64,000 bases of DNA from Nitrospinaceae bacterium (GTDB lineage Bacteria > Nitrospinota > Nitrospinia > Nitrospinales > Nitrospinaceae), in NCBI GenBank assembly GCA_965223665.1, contig OZ245011.1, forward strand, positions 1,920,001 through 1,984,000. The letters run 5' to 3'. The notes under the pieces are model-generated. The model saw only the letters and a program-made list of their open reading frames with translations. It did not search any database and was not told the origin of the DNA. Positions 42,352 through 51,296 of this stretch are shown here, piece by piece. The position numbers were made by a program, and so were the translations under genes. Position 1 is the stretch's first letter; each line of letters opens with the position of its first letter.

Positions 42352-42603
42352 GAAAAATTTACAAATTTTTTTGCTTTTTGAAGCGGTTTTTCAAAGGCTT
42401 GTGGTAACAACCTTTGACGGGGGGAGATAGTATGGATTGAATCCAAAAGTAAAGATGCAGTTTAAAAAGTAAAAGTCAGGTGGTATTTTCCAATGAAAAA
42501 GGTGGGCGGAAGAAGAGGGAACCACCGTTTACCCGAATGGGTTCTCTTCCTCTTCCGCCCGAGGGGCCTGAAGATTAGAAAGATCTTTATTGCAAAATCT
42601 ATT

Positions 42604-43602
42604 TTACTCTTTAAGGCGAATCTCCAATCGATTGCGACCATTTTTTTTAGCAAGGTACATGGCCTGATCCGCCCTTTCAAAAAAGGATTCCTCGGAATCT
42701 TGTTCATGAAGAGACGTCAGACCCAAACTGATCGTTACTGAAATGGTTTCATTTTTATAAATCAGATAATCTTTTTCTATACTCGCTCGAATTTTTTCTC
42801 CAATGCGGGTTCCAACTTTCAGAGGACACCCCTTGAGCAAAACAACAAATTCTTCTCCACCATAACGAAAAATAAAATCTGATTGTCTAATCCCATTTCG
42901 AATCGAAGAAGCCACAAGGCTTAGAACTTTATCACCCAGTTTATGTCCATGCGTATCATTGATTTTCTTAAAATGATCAATGTCACATACCATGAGAATA
43001 TTTGAATTTTTCAAACTTTTAAATTCCCGGATGGTTTGCGCTACCTTTAAATTATAGGCGGCTCTATTCAAAGTTTTTGTGAGCGGGTCTATCATCCTTT
43101 CACTTTTAGTTTCTTCAAGTTTTTGGACAAGGTTATTGATAATATCCTGTCTGGTTTCCAATTCTTTTTTTAAATCCTGCGTGGTGGTTTTTATTTCTTG
43201 AAGATCATTAATCAGCTCATCCTTTACCCTGAGAATGTCTTTCAGGTCTTTGGATGTATGGATTTTGCTAAGGTATCCTTCAAAGTTCTGATCGAAATTC
43301 CCCAGGTTTCCCACTGCATCTTTAAGAGCCGTTACCATACTCAAGACAATAACTTTAGCTTCTTCTTTTTCGGATTCTTCAAATTCATTGAGGAGAGTGA
43401 TGCTCTTAAAAAATTCCTCGATACTTTTTCCAAGATCGGTAACAGGCTTAACGTGCACCGCCTTTCTGACCACATCTTCTAACTGGTTTAATTTTAAATT
43501 CAATGGATCGTCACTGGTGAGTTGCCCTCTCGTTCCTTTAATAAAAACTAAAAGAATGTTGCACACTCTATCGGTGAATTCTGCCGGAATAATTCTAGTC
43601 AA
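42604..43602 (-). CDS. Diguanylate cyclase (GGDEF)
   Basis: DPLT..LNR, DIDHFK.INDTHGH..GD, RYGGEEF, RADQAMY.AK..GRNR; helical N-terminus. Confidence 0.92.
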   Translation of the reverse strand: MTRIIPAEFTDRVCNILLVFIKGTRGQLTSDDPLNLKLNQLEDVVRKAVHVKPVTDLGKSIEEFFKSITLLNEFEESEKEEAKVIVLSMVTALKDAVGNLGNFDQNFEGYLSKIHTSKDLKDILRVKDELINDLQEIKTTTQDLKKELETRQDIINNLVQKLEETKSERMIDPLTKTLNRAAYNLKVAQTIREFKSLKNSNILMVCDIDHFKKINDTHGHKLGDKVLSLVASSIRNGIRQSDFIFRYGGEEFVVLLKGCPLKVGTRIGEKIRASIEKDYLIYKNETISVTISLGLTSLHEQDSEESFFERADQAMYLAKKNGRNRLEIRLKE

Positions 43603-43674
43603 GTTTTTAAGCCTAAAAATTAAAGTTGATTAAGGACCAAAGTAATTATTAATCGACTACTAATTACTTTTAAT

Positions 43675-44547
43675 TTACAAATTATCTTTGGTTTGCGAAG
43701 GAGGGTATCCAAAGTATCGTTTATATTCCCGACTAAATTGAGAGGCACTGGAAAATCCCACTTCGTCCGCTACGACATTGGCATTGATTCCTCTATTGGA
43801 CAGCAAGTCTCTTGCTTTATTGAGACGCACTTTCTTTATATATTGAATTGGAGATTCAGAGGTTATTTCGCGAAAAGATTTATGAAATGCGGAGACACTC
43901 ATAGTCGCTATCTTGGCTAATTCTTTTATTTCCAGTGGCGAGGAAATATTGTCCTGGATAAATCTTAGAACCCTGGCTATTCTTTCAAAACTTGTATTGT
44001 GCTCCACACAATCAAACAGGGCCGATCCATAGGGGCCATTTAAAGCACAATAAATTACCTCACGTAAATGGCAATGGCCTAGTACCCGTGTGTCGTTTGG
44101 ATTTAACAGACATTTTAATAACCTCTCCACAGATTCCGCCATATCTTTATCCAGCGGTACAGAACCGATTCCTCTAAGAGGATTAAATTCCATATAACTT
44201 TTTATGTTTGGCTGCTTTTCTATTTTTGTGACAATATCATGGAGTGTAGTTAAGTTAATATTTATAGAAATTCCCAACACCGGGTACTTGGCAGATCCAT
44301 AGGTTTCACATTCAAAAGGTAACGGCTGGGAAAGGACCAAATAATAGCCTTCATCAAAAGGATAGGTCTCCTTATCCAAAAATCCCATGTTCATTCCCTG
44401 CCCAATCACAATAATACAAGGACGAAGCAGGTTGGGAGCACGTTGTAAACGTTTTGAAACACGAAAAATATTTATGCCGGGAAGTAAGGGATGAATGAAC
44501 TCTTTCCCTCTAGAAAGTTTTTCTAACAAAGCGGCTAGTCTTGGCAT
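43675..44547 (-). CDS. AraC-family transcriptional regulator
   Basis: MSVSAFHKSF...SPIQYIK..RL; VGFSSASQFSREYKRYFG.PP. Confidence 0.92.
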   Translation of the reverse strand: MPRLAALLEKLSRGKEFIHPLLPGINIFRVSKRLQRAPNLLRPCIIVIGQGMNMGFLDKETYPFDEGYYLVLSQPLPFECETYGSAKYPVLGISININLTTLHDIVTKIEKQPNIKSYMEFNPLRGIGSVPLDKDMAESVERLLKCLLNPNDTRVLGHCHLREVIYCALNGPYGSALFDCVEHNTSFERIARVLRFIQDNISSPLEIKELAKIATMSVSAFHKSFREITSESPIQYIKKVRLNKARDLLSNRGINANVVADEVGFSSASQFSREYKRYFGYPPSQTKDNL

Positions 44548-45580
44548 GTAGCACTCAAAAAATATTAGTCGGACAAGAGTTATAGACTATTTCAATTTTC
44601 AATTCCAGCCAAACTTACAAAATATGAAGGATTAGGCAAACAATTTAGAGATTTGTGCAATTTATTTTTATCAATTTTATATCCTCATTTATTTTAAAGT
44701 TCTTCTTAATATAATTTTAAAAACTACTGTGTAGGTAGGTTCGGGTAATCACAGTAGCAATTTATTGGATTCGGACCAAAATCCAAATCTTAAGGTCACC
44801 AAATAGTAACCCACACATTTTTTATCTATCAAAATATTTTTCAATTATTTAAGAAAAGAAATCGTTTTAAAGTTTGTTCAATTACCATTCCCCATAGCTA
44901 AATTTTTTTTTATTCCAAAATTGGCACAACCTTAAATTAGGAAAGCATAGAGATGCACCCAAAAAGAAGTGAAAGCTTAAGCCAATATGGAGTCAAAGCA
45001 CTTATGCAAAATATATATAGTGTTTCTTCTAATAAATATTCACTCACAAACATAAATAATTTCGAAAACTATATTCAGTTTTAATAAAGGTCTCTATTAA
45101 CTTCACCAGGCTCTAACATCAATGTCATTAAAGTAAATTTGAAGCGAGGTAGGAATTTTCCTACATCCCAAAACCCTTAAGGAAAGAACTATTTTTGTAG
45201 TTTTTAAAATTTAAATTCTGGGGCGTACCGTGAACCACTTAGACAAAAATTTTTTAACGAAGAATTTAAAATGAGTTTTCCAGCCCAATGATCAGGAAAT
45301 CATTAGGACCCGATATCTTAAATCATCAAGGCCAAAGAGATTTTTACTTTAAATTCTTTCAGTGGCTGCAAATTGTTTTTTTACAGGAAAAGCTTTTGTC
45401 TTAAGAATAAAATTTACATGGTGGGATTTATTACTTAATGTCTAAAAAAAAAAGCAGAAGAAGAGTGGACCCCAAATACCTGTGGGTTTTCTCCTTCTAC
45501 TTATGATTGATGAATCTTTGAATGATCGGTTAAAAAGCCAAAATGTTTTTTAACTACAAACGGAACCGAAATTTCCAAAC

Positions 45581-45781
45581 TTAACAATTACACGAAAAAG
45601 ACGGCTGATTGAAGCACGACAATGCCTGGGGTCCGGCAGAACCACAACCGTATGCCAGAGGTCCGGTAATACAACCTGTTGGTGAGGACCTATGGGTTTT
45701 AACAGTTTCCGAAGATTCCTCTTGAACGCTCCATTCAAAACCTTTTCGGTTAATAATTTTACTTTTTCTATTTTTAAGCAT
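45581..45781 (-). CDS. Putative RiPP precursor P2 (66 aa)
   Basis: FEWSVQE leader motif; SPTGC, PLAYGCGS, SFSCNC; GGAGG RBS. Confidence 0.85.
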   Translation of the reverse strand: MLKNRKSKIINRKGFEWSVQEESSETVKTHRSSPTGCITGPLAYGCGSAGPQALSCFNQPSFSCNC

Positions 45782-45916
45782 GATGCCTCCACTTGAATTG
45801 GACTAATTGTTCCAAAACTTAACCCCGTCAAAGGAAAAGGGAAGTGATCGTTAAATAATACACAAAAGCGGTTTTTGATTTTTTATAATCTCAATCATAC
45901 TACCCTCGAAAAAAGA

Positions 45917-45952
45917 AAAGGGGAAAAGTATAAAGCATTTATACTTTCCCCC
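45917..45952 (-). terminator. Probable terminator hairpin between P3 and P2
   Basis: GGGGAAAAGTATAAA-GCA-TTTATACTTTCCCC with an adjacent A run (U tract on the minus strand). Confidence 0.6.
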
Positions 45953-45983
45953 TTAATTTTTTGTATCCAAAGATCTTTAAATA

Positions 45984-46169
45984 TTAATTACATTCACAAC
46001 CATATGGAAGTGGTGTAATTGCATTTCGTGGAACACGGTTACATTCACAACCTAATGGAACCATTGGAGGGGTGCAACCTGTTGGCGAAGGAATATTAGA
46101 TTTTCTATTATTCTGCGCCTGTTCTTGAATGCTCCAATCAAAGCCTTTGGAATTTTTTCTGTTTTCCAT
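45984..46169 (-). CDS. Putative RiPP precursor P3 (61 aa)
   Basis: FDWSIQE leader motif; SPTGC; duplicated P[LY]GCECN; GGGAG RBS. Confidence 0.85.
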   Translation of the reverse strand: MENRKNSKGFDWSIQEQAQNNRKSNIPSPTGCTPPMVPLGCECNRVPRNAITPLPYGCECN

Positions 46170-46214
46170 AATGTTTTCGCTCCCGGAAAAAAAATACTAA
46201 TACATTATATATAG

Positions 46215-46412
46215 TTAACAGCTACCGCACCCATAAGGAAGCGGCCGTTGAATCGTGTACGATTGAGGTTGCGGCGAAAAAAAACAATCCCAACTCTGTA
46301 CCATTTGAGTATTGGGTTTATCCCCATTCACAGTTTCTTCTTGAATACTCCAGTTAAAGCTTTTGGGGTCTTCCATTGTTCTTAAAGCTTTATTATTTTT
46401 GGTTTGAATCAT
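46215..46412 (-). CDS. Putative RiPP precursor P4 (65 aa)
   Basis: Likely start MIQTK at 46412, 10 nt after the YcaO stop, with GGGGGAG RBS; FNWSIQE; QRPLPYGCGSC. Confidence 0.85.
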   Translation of the reverse strand: MIQTKNNKALRTMEDPKSFNWSIQEETVNGDKPNTQMVQSWDCFFSPQPQSYTIQRPLPYGCGSC

Positions 46413-46422
46413 TTCTCCCCCC

Positions 46423-48660
46423 TCAAGGAAAAGGATGTGGAAACAATATGCCCTTCCTGGGTTTGGTTCCACGGTTTTTAACCTCCGGTAATATTGGTTC
46501 CAGACCATAACCAAATGATATTGGAACCATCCCCTCAATTAAAGCTCGAACAACTTTAATAGTTGACCCGCCACTTAAAGTTAGACAGATCGCCGGAGTA
46601 ATGTCGAGATAATAGCTATTTCTTGCCCGTTCTGTCAACCAATTTTTAAGACTATTTAATTTCTCACAATGGCTCTTCACCCCTGAAAAATCAATAACAT
46701 CGGATCCCCGTAATAAATGGTCTGCCCTTTTGTAGTAACGCCTTTGACTATAAAGGTTTACATGATCCTCTGGAGTCGACGCATTTTCCGGCGAAATTGG
46801 TATCGGATTTCCGATCTGATCGGTCAGGGTCACCATCGACTCCAATTCACTGATTCCATGCTCTAAGGCCGAAAAAGGATCATACCCCGCCGCGGCCGTC
46901 ACTCGCGTCATTTTCTTCGGGGTATTTTGCGAAAACAGTAAAAAACTGGTTATAGGTTCCTGTGACATGACCAAAACCTGTGCCTCCCAGCCAATTTTGT
47001 TGAGTCCACGGATCCTGTTTTGGAGTTCACTCGGAATGGAAGAAAGAATTACTTTAGGAAGGGAAATTTTTCCCAACCAGGTTCGCATGAACTGATCGCG
47101 CTCAATCAATTCCACTATGGCACGGTCCAGCGCTCCTTCAAAGGTGGGGTAAGCCGCCACTCCGGATGTGGAAGTGAACGTATAAGGCAGTTCACTTTTC
47201 TTTCTTCGCTTTTCCATATAATAACTTTTGGGTTTTGAAGAAAAATACACCTGGTCCGCCAAAACCCAATGCGGTTCATCGGTGACCAAATGTTTAACCC
47301 GAACCCATTCATATTTCCTCCGCTTACTAAAAGGAGACAGAGGAAATTCCGGCCGTTCATATTGTTCCTTTGAATATTGAACAAACTTTTCGGGATCCAC
47401 AAAACGATCCAACTCTCCGGCAGTGGCCTTTTTAATATCCCTGGGCATCTGACAGGACAGACGTTCCACCGATTCGGCAATGGCTTTATCATAAGCCAAT
47501 AATGGATCCGCGTCTCGCCCCCAACACCATCCAGAAGATAACTTATCTAAAAATAAATTTGTGCGTGCAAAATAAAATGGTGGTTGATAAGAATTGCTGT
47601 CAAAGTCTACCCAGGAAAATGAAAGATCATAATCTTTATTTATTTTAGACTTTTCCTTTGGAGACAACTGATTCCCGACAACCATTACCAAATACGGGTC
47701 ATGATTCGGAAGCTCCGTGATGGGTTTAATACGTTCATCCATGTAACCGCCCAAAAGATAAACACCGACTCCCATTTCCAGAGCGCACAGTTGAATATTT
47801 TGAGCGGCGTGCCCCGTTTCAATCAAACAATACGAAACTGATCGATTTCCATACTTGGCTCCGGAGTGCGCAAAATTTCCACTGATAACGATAGCACCAT
47901 GGCCGGAAGCCACTCCCGTTGGATCGAGCAAAGCTCTAAATAATTTGTCAGGAGGGCTGGAAAGTTTCTTAAAACCAATCTTACGAGATTTGCCAAAACT
48001 GACATGATACACTCCCGCGTCCAGCTTGTTGGTCTTCCTCCATTGAATCCAGGTAAACTCCAAAGGATAAACACCTCCACCGGAAGGAACTGTTCGCCCG
48101 GCTCTTTGATCATACTTCCCCAGTTTTTTGGTGGCGTCCAACACTCCGTAACCGGCATACAGCAACGCCGTTATTTGATCCATTGACATGGCCGTGCGGT
48201 CAAATTCGCGATCGGTTCCCCTGTTCTGCAGCGATTCTATAAATTTGGTTTTAGGAGGACGAAAGGTTTTTGCTTTGGGATCCAGTTTTTGGACACGGTC
48301 ACTGGCCGCTTTCGCCAATTCAAAGGGCAACTCCGGAGGAACGTCCGAAGGGTAAGGTTGCGGGTTATGCACCCACGACCATTGATGAGAAATCCAATAC
48401 TTGGTAGGAACCAGAATTCCCCGGGAAACCAGATCATTCAAAAAACTAACGATCGTCTCTCGGTCAAAACTCTTGGAAAGACCGTCCACAATCGTTTTAA
48501 AATCACGTTTGCCATCGACGGTTTCAAAAAGGTCCTTCAATAAACTTTTGGGAGCGCGAATAGTAAAACTTTTACTACTTTTCATTACGGTTAATCTGTC
48601 ACCGGCTAATTTGACAGAAGAGGCAAAATTCAGGGGAGTATTATTTTCGATTTTTGACAT
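46423..48660 (-). CDS. Fused RRE-like / SagB-type FMN dehydrogenase / YcaO cyclodehydratase
   Basis: N-terminal wHTH (DGKR...FLNDLVSRGIL). Dehydrogenase motifs RTVPSGGGVYPLE, KYGNR, ETGHAAQN. YcaO ATP motifs AESVER, STSGVAA, ELIERD. C-terminal PHPFP. Confidence 0.88.
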   Translation of the reverse strand: MSKIENNTPLNFASSVKLAGDRLTVMKSSKSFTIRAPKSLLKDLFETVDGKRDFKTIVDGLSKSFDRETIVSFLNDLVSRGILVPTKYWISHQWSWVHNPQPYPSDVPPELPFELAKAASDRVQKLDPKAKTFRPPKTKFIESLQNRGTDREFDRTAMSMDQITALLYAGYGVLDATKKLGKYDQRAGRTVPSGGGVYPLEFTWIQWRKTNKLDAGVYHVSFGKSRKIGFKKLSSPPDKLFRALLDPTGVASGHGAIVISGNFAHSGAKYGNRSVSYCLIETGHAAQNIQLCALEMGVGVYLLGGYMDERIKPITELPNHDPYLVMVVGNQLSPKEKSKINKDYDLSFSWVDFDSNSYQPPFYFARTNLFLDKLSSGWCWGRDADPLLAYDKAIAESVERLSCQMPRDIKKATAGELDRFVDPEKFVQYSKEQYERPEFPLSPFSKRRKYEWVRVKHLVTDEPHWVLADQVYFSSKPKSYYMEKRRKKSELPYTFTSTSGVAAYPTFEGALDRAIVELIERDQFMRTWLGKISLPKVILSSIPSELQNRIRGLNKIGWEAQVLVMSQEPITSFLLFSQNTPKKMTRVTAAAGYDPFSALEHGISELESMVTLTDQIGNPIPISPENASTPEDHVNLYSQRRYYKRADHLLRGSDVIDFSGVKSHCEKLNSLKNWLTERARNSYYLDITPAICLTLSGGSTIKVVRALIEGMVPISFGYGLEPILPEVKNRGTKPRKGILFPHPFP

Positions 48661-49109
48661 ACTTTTTTTAATTTTTAATTCAAGTTTTTGTTAAAGGAGT
48701 TAATATAGAACAACAGGATAGTTTTCATTCCTGTTTATAACAAATGGAAAATAATCAGGGAAGTAAAACTTTTTGATTAATAGACCCTTGACCGAAAGTT
48801 TATTTTGAAAAAAAAATAAACAATCTTAAAAAGGAATTCCATGTGCTCCCTCTTTTTAAAGAGAACTTTGCATAACCAGGGATTATTGAATAAACAAGTT
48901 CAACAAAAGAGCGGAGACCGATGTTCGCCCTCTTTCCTAAAGAGGGTCGGGGTGATTCACCTCCAGGGGGTTTATATTTTCTGACTAATGCAGGGAGGTC
49001 TCCTCTTTAAAGAGGGCTGGGGTGATTTACATTTAAGGGCTTTATTCCAATTTTATATTTGAGTGTAATTCTTTTTGAGAAACCAACGAGTGATTAGATA
49101 ACTTTTTAA

Positions 49110-49928
49110 ATGGAAAACTCAAAAGAAGAAACCAACAATCCAAAAAAGAGTACTCCCATAAATCTATTGTGGACTGGAGGATGGGATTCTACATTTCGAC
49201 TGCTGGAGCTTTTAATTATAGAAAAAAAAAGCGTCCAACCTTATTACATTGTGGATCATGAAAGAGCATCCACACTCTATGAAATGAAAGCCATGCAAAC
49301 CATCAAGGAAATTCTCTTCATTAAATTTCCGGAAACTCAAGAGCTGTTATTCCCCACCATCACCCAACGCCGGAATCAGATCAAACCCAATAAAGAAATT
49401 ACTCAAAAATGGAAACAATTTTATAAGGAAATAAAATTAGGCAGCCAATACGATTGGATTCCTAGGTTTGCCGAGGAACAGGGTCTTTATGATCTGGAAC
49501 TGGGCCATGAAAAACCCTACAAGCCACGTCCCCTGGATGAAATCATTGATCCCAATATTATTGGTGAAGGGCACGAATGCCGAGTGACGAGCAACCCCAC
49601 CCGACCCATGGTCACTCTGTTTAAATATTTTCGTTTCCCAATTTATTTTGTCACAAAAGCAAAAATGGAGAGGATCTCTCGCGAAAACGATTTCTTTGAT
49701 ATCATGCAAAACGTCTGGTTTTGCCATCGCCCCAGAAGCAACGGCACCCCCTGCGAATTTTGCCGACCCTGCAGAGTGGCAAAGAAATCCGGGTTTTCCC
49801 ATGGCCTGCCCCCCTCGAACTGGTTGCGCGACCAATACTTAAAACTCTGTTACAAAGTTTCCTCTGCTTGGGACCAGTGCCTGCACATCCTTAAACGCAT
49901 TTCCCGTAAACTGAAAAACTTTTCCTGA
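49110..49928 (+). CDS. QueC-like / PP-loop adenine-nucleotide alpha-hydrolase protein
   Basis: LLWTGGWDSTF PP-loop variant; C-terminal WFCHRP...PCEFCRPC Zn motif. Confidence 0.75.
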   Translation: MENSKEETNNPKKSTPINLLWTGGWDSTFRLLELLIIEKKSVQPYYIVDHERASTLYEMKAMQTIKEILFIKFPETQELLFPTITQRRNQIKPNKEITQKWKQFYKEIKLGSQYDWIPRFAEEQGLYDLELGHEKPYKPRPLDEIIDPNIIGEGHECRVTSNPTRPMVTLFKYFRFPIYFVTKAKMERISRENDFFDIMQNVWFCHRPRSNGTPCEFCRPCRVAKKSGFSHGLPPSNWLRDQYLKLCYKVSSAWDQCLHILKRISRKLKNFS

Positions 49929-50017
49929 GTAATTCCAAAATTCAGAAATTGATTTAGAATAGGCCTAAAATGTAAAACCAAAAATTTTTGCCTTGATCTA
50001 TGGTAGGAGGAAAACCC

Positions 50018-51286
50018 ATGCCTAATAAAATAAAATTACTATTAATGGTATTTTTTGTCTCTTTGTTTTTTAACGGTTGCTCCAGTTTTGGAAAAGGGGT
50101 CGTCGAGGGACTCCTTGAGAATTCAGAAAAAGAAGATAAAAGAGCTTGTCAAATTTGGAGTAAAGGATTTGAAGGTATTGGAGCAAGCATTGAAAAAACT
50201 CAAGGTAAGACTAAGGTCTTAATGGTCCATGGAGTTGGAAGTCACATTCCCGGATACTCTACGATTCTATTAGAAAAATTATCTCAAAAACTAGATCTTC
50301 CTTTAATTGATATTCCTTTTAAGGAATTAACCATATCTGAAATCAATGATCCCTCAAAAAATTTGGGTAATTTGCGACTAAATAGATTAATCAGTAGAGA
50401 CAAAGAGAGGGAACTTTTATTTTATGAGCTAACTTGGTCTAGAATTAGTCAATCTGAAAAAGAAGTTTTAAATTATGATAATTCCGGTCTGTATTCCTTT
50501 CGACGTGCTAATGTTAATAACGCTTTGAAAAAGTTTTCGAATGACTCAATTTCGGACCCAATGATTTATTTAGGGGAAAAACAGGAGGATATTCAAAAAT
50601 CTGTAATACAAAGTGTTTGTTGGATGATTTCTTATGGGTGGAATACATTTCCTTCTGGTGAACATAAACTCTGCCAATTCAACAGCCCCGGGATATTAGA
50701 AAACGCAAAAAAAGATGATTATATTTTTATTTCACATAGTTTAGGCAGCAGAATTACCATTGACGCTCTTCAAAAAGTCGTAGGGTTGGTAAATAACAAA
50801 AATGTTCAAAAGAAGTTCCCCGAAGTAGAAAAACTTCACCACGAAATTCAAAATAGAGTTGTTACTATTTTTATGTTTTCTAATCAATTACCTTTATTGC
50901 AATTGGGCCGCCCATTACCAGAGATTTTGAATGAGAATGATAAATATTGTTTACCAAATGGAAGTCACTTTTCCGATCGATTTGCCAATCAAACTCATAT
51001 TATTGCATTTAGCGATCCCAATGATTTATTAAGTTACTCTATTCCCGCGGGATTCGAAAATAATTATCTTGATTCACGAATGTGTACTAAAGTAAGCAAT
51101 GTTAGTATCAATGTAGCTCATGTGGTAGATGTTTTCGGTGTCAGTGAAGTTGCCAATCCCATAGAAGCGCATGTGGGTTATGACAGTGATGATCGAGTGG
51201 TGGAATTAGTTGCTCATGGATTAAATAATCAAAATATTACTCCCATTATTAAAGAAAGATGTAAATGGATGGAGTTAGTGAAATGA
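50018..51286 (+). CDS. Lipoprotein with alpha/beta-hydrolase-like motifs
   Basis: Start MPNK after AGGAGG; FNGC lipobox; VHG, SHSLG, DPND, AH. Confidence 0.7.
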   Translation: MPNKIKLLLMVFFVSLFFNGCSSFGKGVVEGLLENSEKEDKRACQIWSKGFEGIGASIEKTQGKTKVLMVHGVGSHIPGYSTILLEKLSQKLDLPLIDIPFKELTISEINDPSKNLGNLRLNRLISRDKERELLFYELTWSRISQSEKEVLNYDNSGLYSFRRANVNNALKKFSNDSISDPMIYLGEKQEDIQKSVIQSVCWMISYGWNTFPSGEHKLCQFNSPGILENAKKDDYIFISHSLGSRITIDALQKVVGLVNNKNVQKKFPEVEKLHHEIQNRVVTIFMFSNQLPLLQLGRPLPEILNENDKYCLPNGSHFSDRFANQTHIIAFSDPNDLLSYSIPAGFENNYLDSRMCTKVSNVSINVAHVVDVFGVSEVANPIEAHVGYDSDDRVVELVAHGLNNQNITPIIKERCKWMELVK

Positions 51287-51296
51287 ATAAATTTCA

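Noticed and set aside
45550-45831. 93-aa ORF overlapping precursor P2
   Set aside because: Alternative frame without the leader motif; P2 has the GGAGG RBS
46413-46538. N-terminal 42 aa of the 107-aa ORF 46215-46538
   Set aside because: Overlaps the YcaO C-terminus; RBS position and precursor alignment point to ATG 46412
46423-48660. Thioamide-forming (TfuA-type) or stand-alone housekeeping YcaO
   Set aside because: No TfuA nearby; the fused dehydrogenase, PxP tail and Cys-rich precursors fit azole formation better
49110-49928. Bona fide queC or a QatC-type anti-phage gene
   Set aside because: Only the PP-loop and Zn motifs match; no queD/queE or qatABD-like neighbours
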